Source: Ignavibacteriota bacterium (GTDB taxonomy: Bacteria; Bacteroidota; Ignavibacteria; UBA10030; UBA6906). From it: 64,000 nt of DNA. The stretch covers positions 1,440,001 through 1,504,000 of the forward strand of contig CAWDEM010000008.1 of NCBI GenBank assembly GCA_963801355.1. Reading direction: 5' to 3'. Numbering within the stretch: position 1 is the stretch's first letter; every line of letters begins with the position of its first letter. Shown here one piece after another: positions 61,537 to 64,000 of the stretch. The position numbers and the translations under genes are program-made. Under the pieces are notes generated by a model. The model did not search any database and was not told where the DNA came from. It was given only the letters and a program-made list of their open reading frames with translations.

Positions 61537-64000
61537 TCACGCGCTATCCTTCAGCGCAATTCGTGCAGCATGCAGGCGCCGCACTATCTCCGGCGAATTA
61601 GGATATATCCGGTCAAGCTGGGTGAGAAGCTCAATCGCATCTGCGTGCCGCTTTTGGATCTCGTAAATATCAAGTAGAACACGATAGGGATTGTAGTAGG
61701 AGTTCATATCGATGGTGCCTTCCGCAATCCTCTGCTTGCACCTCTGTTCGACTTCGGTCGCCATCTCCCCAAACCGGCTTGTTCTACCCAGACGGTGGTA
61801 CATGAACATAATATCAGAGGCAAGCCCCAGTTCCATCGGACGCACCGCTCGCGGGATCAATTGTTCCATGCGATCCAGCGTAGCTGCACTTTGCACGGAA
61901 TCCTGGCGGTCATTCGCGTACGAAAGAGCGAGCCGCCAAAACGCCGCCCGATAGTTCAGGAGCATGCGCGACGCATTCTCGTCGAGAAAAACCGTCGGGT
62001 CGGAGAGCCCCCGGTACTTGTATCCCAGTTGCGGTGAGCGCGAGAAATCTCGCGCCTCGTGAAATAGAGACTCCTCAAGGACAGCATGGTCAAGGCCAAG
62101 CCCGTTCGGCGGCACTCGGCGCGGCTCGAGGCGCCACGCGAATCCACGATACCAAAGGTATTCGTCCAGTCCGATCTTGCTGTCCGGTGAGCAAGTGACG
62201 GCGAAATAGATCGGCCGTGTCCAGCGGTTGGTCATGAGTATGTTGAGCATCAGCATGTCCTGAACACGAATCCCCTTTGCAGAGCCTTGTTGTAGAGTAT
62301 GATTCATCTGCCAGGAGATCTTGCGGGTGTTTGTCGTCGCCGTGTCAGTTATGTTGTACCTGCCGTACACTTCGCCCGGCACATCGAGCGAAACCTCTTG
62401 TGGTTCCCATGCCATGGGAACAATGGCGGCAATGCTTGCGTCAGGGATCGAGATCGGTACAGCTCTGGCTTCCGAATAGTACGGCGCATTCTTCATTTGC
62501 TGAATGTACCACGGGGTGTTCCCCAGACTTAAATTAACGATCCGGACATCTCGCCGTATTCCTTCAACGTCTTGCACGAACCAGAGCGGAAATGTATCAT
62601 TGTCACCATTGGTGAAGAGAATCGCATCCTGCTCACATGACTGCAGGATGTTGTACGAGTGGTCCCACGGCATCCAGTCCTGCGACCGATCATGCGATGC
62701 ATAGTTCGTCTGCAGCATGCGTGCGGGTATACACAGCAACCCCAGAACCAGGAGTGCCGCAGCCGATGCGTGACCGACCACCCTGTTGGGTGTCTGACGG
62801 GCTACAAAGCGCAGTGTGCCATCTATGCCGAGACCGATCCATACGGAAAACACAAAGAACGCTCCAGGATAGAAATAGTCGCGTTCACGGGGCTGGGGTT
62901 CCTGTTGATTCTGGTAAAATGCCGTCACATATCCCATCAGGAGGAACAGCAGCAGTAGAGCCGCAGCGATCTTCCAGTCCTTGCGGAAGTGATAGAAGAT
63001 GCCGATAAGTCCGATGAGGAACGGGACGCCAAACAACTGGCCTAACTGCACACCGACATCCTGAACGGTCGAAACGCGACCGACATAGTTCCAGAGCAGA
63101 TACCGAGTGAACATGTGCCCCATCTGGTAGCGGAGGAGAAAGTCCAGATCACTGCTGTACTGGGTATATACACCCTGCTGGTGATGTTCGGGCGAAAAAC
63201 GGCGCTTGAACACTGGCCAATCGCCATACTGTTCACGGCTAATATATGTGCTCAGTCCCGAAAACGTCTTTGGGGCATTCTCGTTCATCGGTGGGTCCTG
63301 GTTGGCACGGATGACGATGGTGGCGTACACCGTATAGCCCGCTATCGCCAACACAATAGCCCCGGACACAAACTGCACCAACGATTTGCGGCGTTTCCCC
63401 GCCCATATCATGATCCCGGTGCCAATCGCCAACAGAACGACGAGCACAATCAACCCGTAGATATTGTTGTCTCCGGCGATGGCGACAAGCAGCTTAGGGA
63501 GATACTTCACGATGCCTGGGTAAGAGATGGCGAGAGTCACACCTCCCACGGCCAGAGGAAAGTAGATAGAGTCTCGTGTGAAGACCCGCTTCCGGAAGAC
63601 GAGAATCCAGAGGAGGCTTACGGCCGCCATGATCGACGTAAACCGGACATCAAAGGCATGAAACTGCTCGTACGTCGGCGGCGTGGTATCCGTCTGCGCG
63701 CTCCAGAGGAGAGAACCGGCGATGGCCATGACACCGATGTGCCCAAGGAGCACAAGCGCGCTTTTCCTACACGCGACATCGTTGCGCACATAGGTAACTA
63801 TCACGACGAGAAAAGCAACGGACGTAATCGCAAGGACGCTCATGAGGTGGACTCCCGCAGAGAGTCCTGTGAGGTACGCAATGAGGAGCAGGATTTTCGC
63901 ACTATGGCTTCCGTCAGGCGTCTCAAGCCACACCAGAATCAGCCAGAAGATGAATGCGAATATGAACGTGCTTAGCGCGAATACCTCTGCTTCCACGCCG
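61537..64000 (-). CDS. DUF2723 / TMEM260-like (GT117) membrane glycosyltransferase, 5' part outside the window
   Basis: EAEVF, GVHL, YISREQYG, QPRERDYFY, GDNDTFPLW, EGIRRDVRIVNLSL. Confidence 0.88.
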   Translation of the reverse strand, partial: GVEAEVFALSTFIFAFIFWLILVWLETPDGSHSAKILLLIAYLTGLSAGVHLMSVLAITSVAFLVVIVTYVRNDVACRKSALVLLGHIGVMAIAGSLLWSAQTDTTPPTYEQFHAFDVRFTSIMAAVSLLWILVFRKRVFTRDSIYFPLAVGGVTLAISYPGIVKYLPKLLVAIAGDNNIYGLIVLVVLLAIGTGIMIWAGKRRKSLVQFVSGAIVLAIAGYTVYATIVIRANQDPPMNENAPKTFSGLSTYISREQYGDWPVFKRRFSPEHHQQGVYTQYSSDLDFLLRYQMGHMFTRYLLWNYVGRVSTVQDVGVQLGQLFGVPFLIGLIGIFYHFRKDWKIAAALLLLFLLMGYVTAFYQNQQEPQPRERDYFYPGAFFVFSVWIGLGIDGTLRFVARQTPNRVVGHASAAALLVLGLLCIPARMLQTNYASHDRSQDWMPWDHSYNILQSCEQDAILFTNGDNDTFPLWFVQDVEGIRRDVRIVNLSLGNTPWYIQQMKNAPYYSEARAVPISIPDASIAAIVPMAWEPQEVSLDVPGEVYGRYNITDTATTNTRKISWQMNHTLQQGSAKGIRVQDMLMLNILMTNRWTRPIYFAVTCSPDSKIGLDEYLWYRGFAWRLEPRRVPPNGLGLDHAVLEESLFHEARDFSRSPQLGYKYRGLSDPTVFLDENASRMLLNYRAAFWRLALSYANDRQDSVQSAATLDRMEQLIPRAVRPMELGLASDIMFMYHRLGRTSRFGEMATEVEQRCKQRIAEGTIDMNSYYNPYRVLLDIYEIQKRHADAIELLTQLDRIYPNSPEIVRRLHAARIALKDSA

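Overview
64 kb of bacterial DNA, most likely from an Ignavibacteria-like (FCB group) genome: five proteins carry a T9SS C-terminal sorting signal of the 'QN(Y/F)PNPFNP' type. 0.1-22.6 kb is a patchwork of accessory genes: RbsD/FucU-like, URO-D-family, AAA ATPase, two BNR beta-propeller T9SS cargos, oxidoreductase, CPA2 antiporter, a broken HigBA-type TA, PadR plus membrane partner, and an internally deleted Oar-type TonB receptor. 23.1-44.6 kb is a minus-strand rhamnogalacturonan-I utilisation locus (rhaM, TonB receptor, a T9SS protein where SusD would sit, PL9, frameshifted PL26, a 643-aa unknown, GH28, GH105, GH106, GH2) with a decayed LacI gene and three tandem operator-like boxes at its promoter. 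46.9-54.8 kb is a mobile zone: integron-like debris, a DDE transposase, an AbiE TA pair and a Ser/Thr kinase-TPR. 54.8-64 kb holds a Mg2+ transport cluster, a P-type ATPase and a partial DUF2723 gene. The least explained signal is a co-oriented, non-coding 120-190 bp repeat (four copies, one very short). Two copies run into the transposase's terminal inverted repeat and two follow tRNA-Met 3'-end mimics, suggesting modules accreted by a combined att-site/transposon-end element. No intact tRNA, rRNA, CRISPR array, integron integrase or recombinase gene was seen. All family calls come from motif recognition by eye, without database searches.
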